IMG/VR virus record: IMGVR_UViG_3300032087_000761
Location: 1 to 30,107 of that record
DNA length: 30,107 nt
Reading direction: 5' to 3' (one strand)
Origin: a virus
Taxonomy: Duplodnaviria; Caudoviricetes
A model generated the notes under the pieces. It searched no databases, was not told the origin of the DNA, and saw only the letters and a program-made list of their open reading frames with translations. Below are positions 1 to 9,396 of the stretch, one piece after another (positions within the stretch are counted from its first letter, which is position 1; each line of letters opens with the position of its first letter). The position numbers and the translations under genes were made by a program.

Positions 1-2
1 TC

Positions 3-2060
3 TCTCCATTCGATCCTACTGCTTTACAGCAACAAATCTCAGAGTTGCGGAATGTAGAGCAGTTCGATCCCTCTGCATTGACTGAGCGCCTTGCAGGATT
101 AGAAGGTCGTGTGGGTGGCATAACGCAGTTCGATCCCACGAACCTACAACAACAGATTGCTGAGTTAAGAGGTCAGCCGCAATTCGATCCTAGCGATCTT
201 ACAGCGCGCCTTGCTGGCCTTGAGGGGCGAGTTGGTGGCATGCAACAGTTTGATCCAACTGATCTCCAAACTCGATTGGGTGCGTTAGAGGGCCGACAAG
301 GCTTTGACCCTACAGCCATCTATGAGCAGATCGGTGATATTAGGGGCCGTGTTGAAAGCTTCTCACCATTCGATCCTACCGCACTGCAACAGCAAATCGC
401 TGAACTGCGTAATGTAGAGCGCTTTGACCCATCTGGCCTACAGCAACAGATTGCCGGCTTACAGGGTCGCGTTGAGGGCATAACGCCGTTTGATCCAACA
501 AACATTCAACAGCAGCTTGCAGAATTACGCGCCAGAGAAACCTTTGACCCATCTGGGCTTCAGCAACAACTAGCGGGCTTACAAGGCAGGGTTGAAGGAA
601 TTCAGCAATTTGATCCTACTGACATACAAGCGCAGCTTGCAGAGTTGCGAGGCCGCGAGACCTTCGATCCTTCTGGGCTTCAGCAGCAACTTGCCGGATT
701 GCAGGGTCGAGTAGAAGGCATGCAGCCTTTCGATCCTAGCGGCTTACAAGCAAGGCTAGGTGCATTGGAGGGACGTCAGGGCTTCGACCCAACGGCTATT
801 TACGAGCAAATTGGCGACATCCGTGGCCGCGTAGAAAGCTTCTCGCCATTTGACCCATCAGCGATACAGCAACGCTTAGGCGCACTCGAAGGCCGGCCTG
901 GCTTCGATGCCTCTGACTTGCAACAACGACTATCGGGATTAGAGGGCCAATTTAGTCAACTACAGCCATTCGACCCATCTGCCATTCAGCAACGACTTAG
1001 CGGCATAGAGCAGCAAGTTGGTGGCATTGAGCAATTTGATCCAAGCGGCTTATTGGGTCGCCTAAGTGGTTTGCAAGAGCAGGTAGGTGCATTGCAGTCA
1101 CGGCCCACGTTTGACCCATCGAGCTTACAGCAACAGATCACTGCGCTACAGCAACAGCCCGGCTTCGATCCGTCTGCTCTCACTCAGCGACTCAGCGCAT
1201 TAGAGTCTGCGCCCGGCTTTGATGCTTCAGGGCTTACTCAAAGACTCAGCGCCCTTGAGTCAGCTCCCGGCTTTGATGCTACGGGCCTACAAAGCCAGAT
1301 ACAGGGCTTACAGCAACAAATCGGTGGTATAACGCCATTTGACCCAACCGGCCTACAATCGCAAATTGCGGCCTTACAGCAACGTCCAGGCTTCGACCCC
1401 TCTGGTATCTTAGGGCGTCTTGGTGCGTTAGAAACTGCTCCGGGCTTTGATGCCAGCGGCTTGACGCAAAGACTCAGCGCGCTCGAATCGGCACCGGGTT
1501 TCGATGCTAGTGGATTGACGCAGCGCCTTAGCGCTTTAGAGTCTGCGCCTGGTTTTGATGCATCTAGTCTGCAACAACAGATTGCCGCTTTACAGCAACG
1601 TCCCGGTTTCGACCCTTCTGGCTTGCAGTCTCAGATACAGGGGCTTCAACAGCAAATAGGCGGCATCGAGTCATTCGATCCTACTGGCCTACAGTCGCAA
1701 ATCAACGCACTGCAACAGGCTCCGGGCTTTGATGCATCGGGCATATTAGGTCGATTGGGCGCATTAGAAACAGCGCCTGGTTTTGACGCAAGCGGCCTTC
1801 AACAGCAGATAGCAGCTAACCAATTAGCTATCGGTCAAATTCCTATGTTTGATCCTAGCGGTTTGCAGGGCCAGATTGCAGCTCTACAGCAAGCACCAAG
1901 CTTCGATCCTAGCGGCTTGGCAAGTCAAATAGCGGCTTTGCAACAGCAAATATTAGGTTTACAAACATCATTCAACCCAATGATTACAGATGGTTTTGAT
2001 CCGAATGGTGGAACTATTAACACAGGCACCTTTGATGGTGCGCTTAAATTAGTAGGCTGA
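3..2060 (+). CDS. FDP-repeat Q/G/A-rich helical protein, putative virion/ejection-associated (5'-truncated)
   Basis: Frame is open from position 3 (SPFDPTALQQQISELR...), so the true start lies upstream of the window. About 33 units of FD[P/A][S/T]x[L/I]xxx[L/I]xxL, mostly 18 or 22 aa. Lies directly upstream of ejection-type genes. Function is inferred. Confidence 0.8.
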   Translation, partial: SPFDPTALQQQISELRNVEQFDPSALTERLAGLEGRVGGITQFDPTNLQQQIAELRGQPQFDPSDLTARLAGLEGRVGGMQQFDPTDLQTRLGALEGRQGFDPTAIYEQIGDIRGRVESFSPFDPTALQQQIAELRNVERFDPSGLQQQIAGLQGRVEGITPFDPTNIQQQLAELRARETFDPSGLQQQLAGLQGRVEGIQQFDPTDIQAQLAELRGRETFDPSGLQQQLAGLQGRVEGMQPFDPSGLQARLGALEGRQGFDPTAIYEQIGDIRGRVESFSPFDPSAIQQRLGALEGRPGFDASDLQQRLSGLEGQFSQLQPFDPSAIQQRLSGIEQQVGGIEQFDPSGLLGRLSGLQEQVGALQSRPTFDPSSLQQQITALQQQPGFDPSALTQRLSALESAPGFDASGLTQRLSALESAPGFDATGLQSQIQGLQQQIGGITPFDPTGLQSQIAALQQRPGFDPSGILGRLGALETAPGFDASGLTQRLSALESAPGFDASGLTQRLSALESAPGFDASSLQQQIAALQQRPGFDPSGLQSQIQGLQQQIGGIESFDPTGLQSQINALQQAPGFDASGILGRLGALETAPGFDASGLQQQIAANQLAIGQIPMFDPSGLQGQIAALQQAPSFDPSGLASQIAALQQQILGLQTSFNPMITDGFDPNGGTINTGTFDGALKLVG
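9..1970 (+). repeat. Coding tandem repeat array, 54/66-nt units
   Basis: Recurrent TTYGAYCCN/TTYGAYGCN every 54 or 66 nt (one 75-nt unit), all in frame and synonymously diverged. Confidence 0.9.
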
Positions 2061-2070
2061 GGTAAGTAAC

Positions 2071-3204
2071 ATGGCAGGAGCAGGAGCAGGGGCAGCACAA
2101 GCACCTCAAATGGGCATGAAGCCACAACCGGGCATGACGCCGCCATTCGATCCAGTAGCTGGGCCAGTCGCCGGTTTCCCGCCTAAGCAAGCGCCAATAC
2201 CGCAGGCGCCAGTCGATGCGGGCGCAAGAGGTGGCAGTATTTATGATCGCGCTTCTCGCGGTCTAAGTGCGGCAATGGGCGCTACCGGCACAGAGATGGG
2301 CTTCCAGCCTTCTCGTGTACAAGGTTATGGCTACCAGGCACCGACTATTGCTAGTCAAATCGGCCAGTTTGTAAACCCTTATGAGCAACAAGTCGTTTCC
2401 GGTGCATTAGGTGATATCGAGCGCCAACGTCAAATGCAGGCTAATCAGCTCGCAGCTCAGTTCCAAGGCGCACGAGCATTCGGCGGATCACGAGAGGCTA
2501 TCCAGCAGGCAGAGCTAGGACGTCAGGCATTAGAGCAAGGCGCAAGCACAGCGGCATCACTGAGACAGCAAGGCTTCGGTCAAGCACTACAGGCGGCCGC
2601 ACAGCAAGCAGGCATGGGTCAGCGCGCACAAGAGTTTGGTTTGGGTCAAGGTATGCAGGCGCAGCTTGCTAACCAGGCAGCACGTCTAGCAGGATCTCAG
2701 CAACGCTTAGGAGCGGCTTCTCAGCTTGGCAGCCTAGCTAACCTTGGCTTTGGCATGGGCCAGACAGTACAGCAACAAATGGGACAGCAGGGCGCTATGC
2801 AACAAGCGCTTCAGCAGCAGATCATGGATTCTGCACGTCAGCAGTTTGAAGGCTTCCGTAACTACCCAGCTCAGGCGCTTGGTTACTACGCTCAAGCATT
2901 GGGTGCTACACCTACACCGCAGTCTCAGCAAACCACTAAGCAGCTTGGCCTTATGGATTACCTGACGGCTGCTGCGACAGCTGCACCTCTTTTCTCTGAC
3001 AGACGGCTGAAGTCAAATATTACGCAAGTCGGTAAGTTGCCATCGGGTCAAAATGTGTACTCGTGGACATGGAACGACAAGGCAGGCGAGATTGGCTTAT
3101 CAGGTAACTCAATGGGTGTGATGGCCGATGAGACAGATCCATCGATGGTAAGCGTCGGTGAAAATGGTTATCAGATGGTGAACTACGGAGCATTGCTGGC
3201 GTGA
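2071..3204 (+). CDS. Putative DNA pilot/ejection protein with C-terminal peptidase S74-like intramolecular chaperone domain
   Basis: Q/A/G-rich body with NPYEQQVV and GAR-AFGGSR motifs typical of podoviral internal proteins. C-terminus FSDRRLKSNI...VYSWTW...GVMADE...GYQMVNYG resembles the S74 autocleavage domain. RBS GAGGT upstream. Confidence 0.7.
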   Translation: MAGAGAGAAQAPQMGMKPQPGMTPPFDPVAGPVAGFPPKQAPIPQAPVDAGARGGSIYDRASRGLSAAMGATGTEMGFQPSRVQGYGYQAPTIASQIGQFVNPYEQQVVSGALGDIERQRQMQANQLAAQFQGARAFGGSREAIQQAELGRQALEQGASTAASLRQQGFGQALQAAAQQAGMGQRAQEFGLGQGMQAQLANQAARLAGSQQRLGAASQLGSLANLGFGMGQTVQQQMGQQGAMQQALQQQIMDSARQQFEGFRNYPAQALGYYAQALGATPTPQSQQTTKQLGLMDYLTAAATAAPLFSDRRLKSNITQVGKLPSGQNVYSWTWNDKAGEIGLSGNSMGVMADETDPSMVSVGENGYQMVNYGALLA

Positions 3205-3497
3205 GCTTTCTTGATGAGCTAAAGAAAGTTATGGAGGTTGACGCTCAGGGTACTTACTCTGGGTTTAAGCCTTTACCTACAGTTGAAGAAACAAACCCAC
3301 AGACAGGGATTAACCAATACATTGAAGCTTTGCAACGTCAGACAATGCGCCAAGCGCAGCCAATGAACGTTGGGCTATTAGAGATGCAACGAGGTGGCGG
3401 CATGATCCCGATCACACCTGTAGAGCTAGAAAGCACTGAGGAAAAAATGCAAGGCTTATTAGATTTGATGGCAATGATTAAAGGGCCACAAGGATAG
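3201..3497 (+). CDS. Hypothetical protein (virion module)
   Basis: 98-aa ORF with GTGA overlap with the previous stop; fills the gap exactly. Confidence 0.6.
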   Translation: MSFLDELKKVMEVDAQGTYSGFKPLPTVEETNPQTGINQYIEALQRQTMRQAQPMNVGLLEMQRGGGMIPITPVELESTEEKMQGLLDLMAMIKGPQG

Positions 3498-3501
3498 AAT
3501 T

Positions 3502-4722
3502 ATGGTTGCGAATTTAGGTTTTGGCTCTACACAACAAGATGATCGAGAGCTGATGCGCATGCTTGAAGCCCGACAGCGACAAGCAGTGCCTGACGCTTCA
3601 GCATATGCAAAAGCTATGACTCGTGCAGAAAGCCCAGAGGGCGTTGCGTTACAGAAGCAAATGCAAGCAGCAAGACAGCAAGCAATGAAACCGGCCGTTA
3701 GCGTTGCTGGAGGCTCTACAACTGCACGGCCAGAAAAACCCGGTTTACTCAGCCGCATCACACGCAGGACAATGGATGCACTACAAGATCCTGTGGCAAA
3801 CGCACAAATTGTCGCAGCTTTGAATTCTTTACGATTTCAACCAGACCCGAATTTAACAAAAGCAGTGCAAGCGCGAGCAACTGGCGTGCAGGAGCGACGT
3901 CAGCAAGCACAGACTGCCAACCGCACTGTTGAGTATTTAAAGAATATGGGCCGGCCAGATCTTGCACAAGCTGTGGAACTAAATCCAGCTATGGCAGGCG
4001 AGGCGCTTACTCTCGCATTGACGCCAGCCAAAGGCGTGGTGCTTGGAAAAGATCAGCGTTACATCGACCCAACCACCGGCAAAGTTTTGTTTGGGCCAGA
4101 AGACACGGCAGGCTTGACTGAAGAGCAAACTAAGCAAATTTCAGACTTGAGAAAAGAATACACCGGACTGCCAGCAACAAAAGATTTTGCAAAGCAAGCA
4201 ACCGCTTATGATCGTGTTGTGCAGTCAGCAACCGATCCAAGCGCCGCTGGCGACTTGTCATTGATTTTCAACTTTATGAAAGTTCTCGATCCCGGATCAG
4301 TGGTACGTGAAAGCGAGTTTGCGACAGCAGCAAGAGCGAGAGCTGCTTTGACGCGAGCAGAGGGCGCAGGCACGGTTGTTCCTGCTTTTGTTGCGCAAGC
4401 AGTGCAAAGGCTTGAGACAGGTCAAATGTTGTTGCCAGAGCAAAGAAATGATTTCTTGAATAGAGCGGGAATGCTGTATAGCGGCGCAGAAGAGATGCAC
4501 CAAGGACTGCGCTCTTATTACGAAACTGAATCTACAAAAATCTCACCGTCGGCGACGTTGCCCAACTTCGGGTTTTTAGGAGAAGTATTTAAGGCCGGCG
4601 AAAGCACTGCAACGGTAGAATTAGCAACACCTCCAGCAACGTGGACGCTTGGGTCAGATGCGTGGAATGCTCTAACGGCAGAAGATCGCAAAGCCTACTT
4701 AGAGGATGACAACAATGGCTAA
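3502..4722 (+). CDS. Putative internal virion/DNA ejection protein
   Basis: Ala/Gln-rich helical protein with motif AGDLSLIFNFMKVLDPGSVVRESEF, reminiscent of podoviral injection proteins; operon context. Confidence 0.65.
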   Translation: MVANLGFGSTQQDDRELMRMLEARQRQAVPDASAYAKAMTRAESPEGVALQKQMQAARQQAMKPAVSVAGGSTTARPEKPGLLSRITRRTMDALQDPVANAQIVAALNSLRFQPDPNLTKAVQARATGVQERRQQAQTANRTVEYLKNMGRPDLAQAVELNPAMAGEALTLALTPAKGVVLGKDQRYIDPTTGKVLFGPEDTAGLTEEQTKQISDLRKEYTGLPATKDFAKQATAYDRVVQSATDPSAAGDLSLIFNFMKVLDPGSVVRESEFATAARARAALTRAEGAGTVVPAFVAQAVQRLETGQMLLPEQRNDFLNRAGMLYSGAEEMHQGLRSYYETESTKISPSATLPNFGFLGEVFKAGESTATVELATPPATWTLGSDAWNALTAEDRKAYLEDDNNG

Positions 4723-6100
4723 AACTCAAAGGCAGCTCGAAATTGAAGCAAAAGCGCGAGCTAACCTTGCTCGGCAAAGCTTGCCTGCAAGAGAGGCTGG
4801 AATCGGTGACCGTGAATACACATATACCGGCGCTTTGGCAAACATCGCCCCTTCGGCAAAACAATATGCGAGCGATTTAGCCACAGTGTTTACTGATCCT
4901 TTGTTAGTCGCTCAAGGCGTCAAAGAGATGTTTACAGGTGAAGGTCTCGATGCATTAGGCGGGTATTACACAAGACGTTACGGAAGCGTGCGTAAAGCGA
5001 TGCAAACAGCTTATGACGATCCTATAGGATTTATGTCAGATGTCGCACTCGTTGGAGCGCCTGTAAAAGTTGCAGCAAACTTAGCCAAAGTTGCAGCTAA
5101 AAAAGCAGGGAAAGGACAAACGGCAGCTCAAGCGCTACAAAGGACTGGTAGCGTATTAGAAGCTACTGACCCATTAGCAGCCGCAACTGGTTTAGCTGTT
5201 AGCGGATCGGCAGTTGTGCCAATGGTGCGCAGTTTTCCAGAGTCTACCTATGAAACTAATTTAAAGATGGGGACAAGCCCACGCTCACGCATGGGGCAAC
5301 AAGCCACGCGCCAACAAGTTATTGGCACCCTGTTAGAGGAAGGCATACCTGTCAGCCCAGAAGGCTTAACGCAACTCAATAAAATTATTGATAGTAGGAC
5401 GGCAGACCTCGATCGATTAATCAGCATGGCGGAAAAAGAAGGCAAAACTATCTCGCTATTTGAACTAACACGGCCCGTTGCACAGTTGCGTGAAGAGCTA
5501 TCTGACCCATTCGTTAATCCTACTGCGCAAGCTGATGCGCGCACAATTACTTCATATTTGTCAGAGTGGTCAAAAGAAGTAGGCACCGGCACACAAGAGT
5601 TTACGCCATCGCAAGTGCGTAAGCTTAGGCAAGAGCTAGATAAGAAGCTGAATTATGATCGTATCACTCCAACCACGCCGCCGTTGAGTACGCGCATTAC
5701 AGAAGAGGCAGCCGCAGGGGCGCGTGGAGCGTTAAGAGAAACGATAGAAGGCTACGGCGAAACAGGGATGGATATCTCTAAGTTACTGACAGCGCAAGAG
5801 GCTTTAGAGCGCGCCGTTAACAGATTAGGCCAGAACCAAACAATAGGCTTGAAGCAGACTATAGCCGCAACTGGCGGATTTGGTGCAATGGGCGGCACAG
5901 AAATATTCCAGCAGTTATCGGGCGCTTTGTTGGCCGGCGGTGCTTTATTGATGACGCCACAGAATAAAGAACGCATCGCTCGTATCATCTATAACGCAAG
6001 AGATTTAACTTCGGAGCAAAAACGCAGTTTGGTTAGTCAGCTTGCATCACAGACTGGGCCAACAGCGCAACGCATCGCGGAAGGACAGGAAGAGCAATAA
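4715..6100 (+). CDS. Putative internal virion/DNA ejection protein
   Basis: Ala-rich helical protein of about 461 aa with hydrophobic segments near the C-terminus. ATG 4715 is preferred over 4706 because GAGGA at 4702-4706 gives good RBS spacing. Confidence 0.6.
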   Translation: MAKTQRQLEIEAKARANLARQSLPAREAGIGDREYTYTGALANIAPSAKQYASDLATVFTDPLLVAQGVKEMFTGEGLDALGGYYTRRYGSVRKAMQTAYDDPIGFMSDVALVGAPVKVAANLAKVAAKKAGKGQTAAQALQRTGSVLEATDPLAAATGLAVSGSAVVPMVRSFPESTYETNLKMGTSPRSRMGQQATRQQVIGTLLEEGIPVSPEGLTQLNKIIDSRTADLDRLISMAEKEGKTISLFELTRPVAQLREELSDPFVNPTAQADARTITSYLSEWSKEVGTGTQEFTPSQVRKLRQELDKKLNYDRITPTTPPLSTRITEEAAAGARGALRETIEGYGETGMDISKLLTAQEALERAVNRLGQNQTIGLKQTIAATGGFGAMGGTEIFQQLSGALLAGGALLMTPQNKERIARIIYNARDLTSEQKRSLVSQLASQTGPTAQRIAEGQEEQ

Positions 6101-8193
6101 TGGAATTGAAACCAATGACAGAGCAGGACATTGAGGGCATTGCACGCGAGGCCGTGCAGGATGCTGTCGATTTCTGCGAATCTGAGATTGCTGAAGACCG
6201 TATCAAGGCGCAGCGTTACTTCGATGGTGAGACAGATATCGGTGAAGAGGATGGCCGGTCTAAGGTCGTATCTACAAAAGTGCGCGACACCATACGCGCT
6301 ATTAAGCCTTCTCTCATGCGCGTGTTTCTATCGACTGACAAGCCGGTAGAGTTTGTACCGCGCAACCAAGAAGACGTACCAATGGCCGAACAAGCCACTA
6401 AGTACATGCACTACCAGTTCAACGAGCTGAACGGCTACCGGGTGCTTAACGATGTCTTTCACGACGCGCTTATCAAGAAAGTGGGCATTGCAAAGGTCTA
6501 CTGGGATATGTACCAGGAGCAAGAGGTCTTTGACTTTCAAGATCTCAACGAGATGGAGTTTTCTGTCTTGGTCAACGAGGAAAACGTTGAGGTCATTAAG
6601 CATACGACCAAAATGGTTATGGAAATGGATCAGTTCGGCATGGAGGTGGAATCGCCACGCCATGATCTTAAAATTGCTCGCACGGTTGATCGCGGCAAGA
6701 TGTGCGTTGAGAGCGTACCTCCAGAAGAGTTTTTCATTGATCGTAACTCTCGCTCTATCGACGATTACTACGTTGTTGCTCACCGTACTGAGATGCGTGT
6801 GGGCGATCTGGTGGCTATGGGTTACGACTACGAAGAAGTCTACGATCTAAGCGGCCTACAGCACTCTGACACCTTCTCTGAGGTCGAAGAGTACCAGCGT
6901 AGGGGCTACGAGGAAGATTACTCTGATGAGGACGTACAAGACCCCTCAATGCGCTTGGTGGCAGTTACTGAGGCGTACATCAAGATTGACGTAAATGGCA
7001 CTGGAGTACCCACGTTACATAAGGTAACACTTGGCGGTAACCAATATAAGCTTTTGGATTACGAGCCATGTGGTCATATCCCATTCGCAGTGTTTGAGGT
7101 AGACCCAGAGCCACACACATTTTACGGCCGGTCAGTTGCCGATCTAATTCTTAACGACCAAGACGCAGCCACAGCTATGCTCCGTGGTGTCCTCGATAAC
7201 GTTGCACTAACCAACAACCCGCGTGTCGAGGTAGTTGATGGCGCGGTGAATATCGGCGACCTACTGAACAATGAGATCGGTGGTATTATCCGGGTGAAGC
7301 AGTCAGGCGCTGTACAGCCACAAGCTGTCCCATTCGTCGCTGGTCAGACCCTTTCTGCCTTACAGTATTTCGATCAGCAGGTAGAAGATAAGACCGGCGT
7401 TACTAAGGCGTCTACTGGCCTGTCACCTGATGCACTACAAAGCACTACTGCAACGGCTGTAGCGGCCACTATGCAGGCTCAGGCGGCACAGATTGAGGTC
7501 ATGGCTCGTAACCTTGCAGAAGGCGGCATGCGCCAGATGTTTAAGCTCATGTTGAAGACGATGGTTGAGAACGTCGATGAAGAGCAGATGATGCGCTTGC
7601 AAGGCCAAAGCTATGTGCCAGTTGATCCCCGGTCATGGAATCTTGGCATGGATGTATCTATCAACGTCGGCCTCGGTACTGGACGCGAAGATCAAAAGGT
7701 TGCTGTGCTTAACCAGGCGCTACAAATGCAGATCCAAATATTCCAAAGCTACGGCCCCGGTAACGGCATGGTCTCACTGTCTAACATCCGCAACACACTG
7801 TCAGACATCTTAGCGGTCAATGGTGTACGCAATAGCGAGCGTTACTTCATGCCCATCAACCCAATGATGGAGCAGCAGATGATGATGCAGCAACAGCAAG
7901 GACAAGGACAGCAACAAGGCGATCCTAACGCGGCTTACTTGCAGGCAGAGCAGATCAAGGCACAAGCTAAGATGCAGTCTGATCAGCTCAAGCTACAGCT
8001 AGAGGCACAGAAGGCAATCGCAGACGATGACCGCAAGCGTGATCAAATGGATCAAGACCTGTTGATTGCGGCCGCAGAAGTTATTGGCAAATACGGCACA
8101 GCCGTTGATGTAGAGCGAATCAAACAGATGCAAAACGCACCACGATATCCACAGGCAGAGCCGGCAGCAGCGGCAGTGGGTAGTACGTTTTGA
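6100..8193 (+). CDS. Portal protein (P22-like podoviral type)
   Basis: 697 aa; motifs GRSKVVSTKVRDTI, VEFVP, DALIKKVGIAKVYW, ESVPPEEF, HTFYGRSVAD, MLRGVLDN; Q-rich barrel-like C-terminus; precedes scaffold and capsid. Confidence 0.9.
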   Translation: MELKPMTEQDIEGIAREAVQDAVDFCESEIAEDRIKAQRYFDGETDIGEEDGRSKVVSTKVRDTIRAIKPSLMRVFLSTDKPVEFVPRNQEDVPMAEQATKYMHYQFNELNGYRVLNDVFHDALIKKVGIAKVYWDMYQEQEVFDFQDLNEMEFSVLVNEENVEVIKHTTKMVMEMDQFGMEVESPRHDLKIARTVDRGKMCVESVPPEEFFIDRNSRSIDDYYVVAHRTEMRVGDLVAMGYDYEEVYDLSGLQHSDTFSEVEEYQRRGYEEDYSDEDVQDPSMRLVAVTEAYIKIDVNGTGVPTLHKVTLGGNQYKLLDYEPCGHIPFAVFEVDPEPHTFYGRSVADLILNDQDAATAMLRGVLDNVALTNNPRVEVVDGAVNIGDLLNNEIGGIIRVKQSGAVQPQAVPFVAGQTLSALQYFDQQVEDKTGVTKASTGLSPDALQSTTATAVAATMQAQAAQIEVMARNLAEGGMRQMFKLMLKTMVENVDEEQMMRLQGQSYVPVDPRSWNLGMDVSINVGLGTGREDQKVAVLNQALQMQIQIFQSYGPGNGMVSLSNIRNTLSDILAVNGVRNSERYFMPINPMMEQQMMMQQQQGQGQQQGDPNAAYLQAEQIKAQAKMQSDQLKLQLEAQKAIADDDRKRDQMDQDLLIAAAEVIGKYGTAVDVERIKQMQNAPRYPQAEPAAAAVGSTF

Positions 8194-8450
8194 ACATTAA
8201 GGACAAGGCAGCGCATGTAAAGCGACTTCAGGAAGATGAAAGCTTTAACACGCTGATCGACGAAATTAGAGAAGACACAGCCAATGTCTTCCTAAACCCG
8301 CACTCTTCTACGGAAGACCGGGAGGAAGCCCATCACATTATTAGGGCGTTAGCGAAGATTGAAGATCGTATGGCAGTCATCCTCACAGATGAAGCGATCT
8401 TTGATAGACAACAAAGGAGATCAGTACCGTGGAAACGACTGATGAATTGA
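8190..8450 (+). CDS. Conserved small head-module protein
   Basis: 86 aa, TTG start overlapping the portal stop; helical with a DREEAH motif; typical position between portal and scaffold. Confidence 0.65.
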   Translation: MNIKDKAAHVKRLQEDESFNTLIDEIREDTANVFLNPHSSTEDREEAHHIIRALAKIEDRMAVILTDEAIFDRQQRRSVPWKRLMN

Positions 8451-9385
8451 AATTCGATGGCACCATCGAATCGGCAGTAGACCTACTCGTTCAGAACGAG
8501 GAACCAGAGCAGGAGGAAGCGCCCGTAGCTGAAGTTTCTGAAGAACCTGAAAAGGAAGCAGAAGAAGAGGTAGCGGAGCAACCTGACACTGAAGAGGAAG
8601 ACCAAGAAGAACCCGAAGAGGAAGAGGTCGCAGAGCAGCCTAACACCTTCACCGTCAAGATAGATGGAACGGAGGTAGAGGTCACGCTAGACGAGCTTCA
8701 ACGTGGTTACAGTGGTCAGAAGTACATTCAGAAAGGTATGCAGGAAGTCGCTGACCTGCGAAAGAAAGCCGAAACCGCTAATGCGACACTGGCATCGGCG
8801 GGCGAAGCGGTACTTGCCTTGTATCAAAAGATGCAAGCACCCGGATTTGCCCAGGCACCGATTCCGCCAGACGAGACACTTATTGAAAGTGATCCTATTG
8901 GATACACCCAAGATAAAGCTCGATACGACGCTGCAATGGAGAAATATCAAAAAGATATGTCTCAAGTGCAGTACACGCTTGCTTACCAGCAAAAAGCTCA
9001 ACAGCAAGCACAACAAGCCTATTTGGAACGCGAAATGGAGACGCTACGTCAGGTTATGCCTGAGTTTTCCGATCCAGAAAAAGCAACCAAAACACGCGAC
9101 TCTATGCTCAGAATGGGTACAGAGATATATGGCTATCAGCCAGAAGAAATCTCCGCTGTGATGGATCACCGGGCAATACGTGTATTGAACGACGCCATCA
9201 AGTATCAAGAGATTATGCGTGGTAAAGACAAGGCGGTCGAAAAGGCCACCAAAGGCCCACGGGGCAAGGTTGTTAAAGCTGGATCTAAAAAGACAGCATC
9301 CAATCGCAATGATAGTAGGCAGGCTCGATCTAAACTTAAACGCTCAGGAAGCATCCAAGATGCTATGAGCTTAATTCTTGAATAG
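8429..9385 (+). CDS. Capsid scaffolding protein
   Basis: Acidic N-terminus, FTVKIDGTEVEVTLDELQRGYS motif, coiled coil, DHRAIRVL, basic C-terminus LKRSGSIQDA; RBS AAGGAG; directly before the capsid gene. Confidence 0.85.
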   Translation: METTDELKFDGTIESAVDLLVQNEEPEQEEAPVAEVSEEPEKEAEEEVAEQPDTEEEDQEEPEEEEVAEQPNTFTVKIDGTEVEVTLDELQRGYSGQKYIQKGMQEVADLRKKAETANATLASAGEAVLALYQKMQAPGFAQAPIPPDETLIESDPIGYTQDKARYDAAMEKYQKDMSQVQYTLAYQQKAQQQAQQAYLEREMETLRQVMPEFSDPEKATKTRDSMLRMGTEIYGYQPEEISAVMDHRAIRVLNDAIKYQEIMRGKDKAVEKATKGPRGKVVKAGSKKTASNRNDSRQARSKLKRSGSIQDAMSLILE

Positions 9386-9396
9386 AGGTAATTATC

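Noticed and set aside
1-2000. Periodic TTCGATCC-like repeats as a CRISPR array
   Set aside because: Repeats are degenerate at third codon positions, in frame in a long ORF, the intervening sequences resemble each other, and no cas genes are present.
6131-9161. Alternative-frame + ORFs inside portal and scaffold (6131-6349, 6452-6850, 7613-7813, 8703-9161)
   Set aside because: No motifs or convincing RBS, unlike the nested methyltransferase subunit; explained by codon bias.
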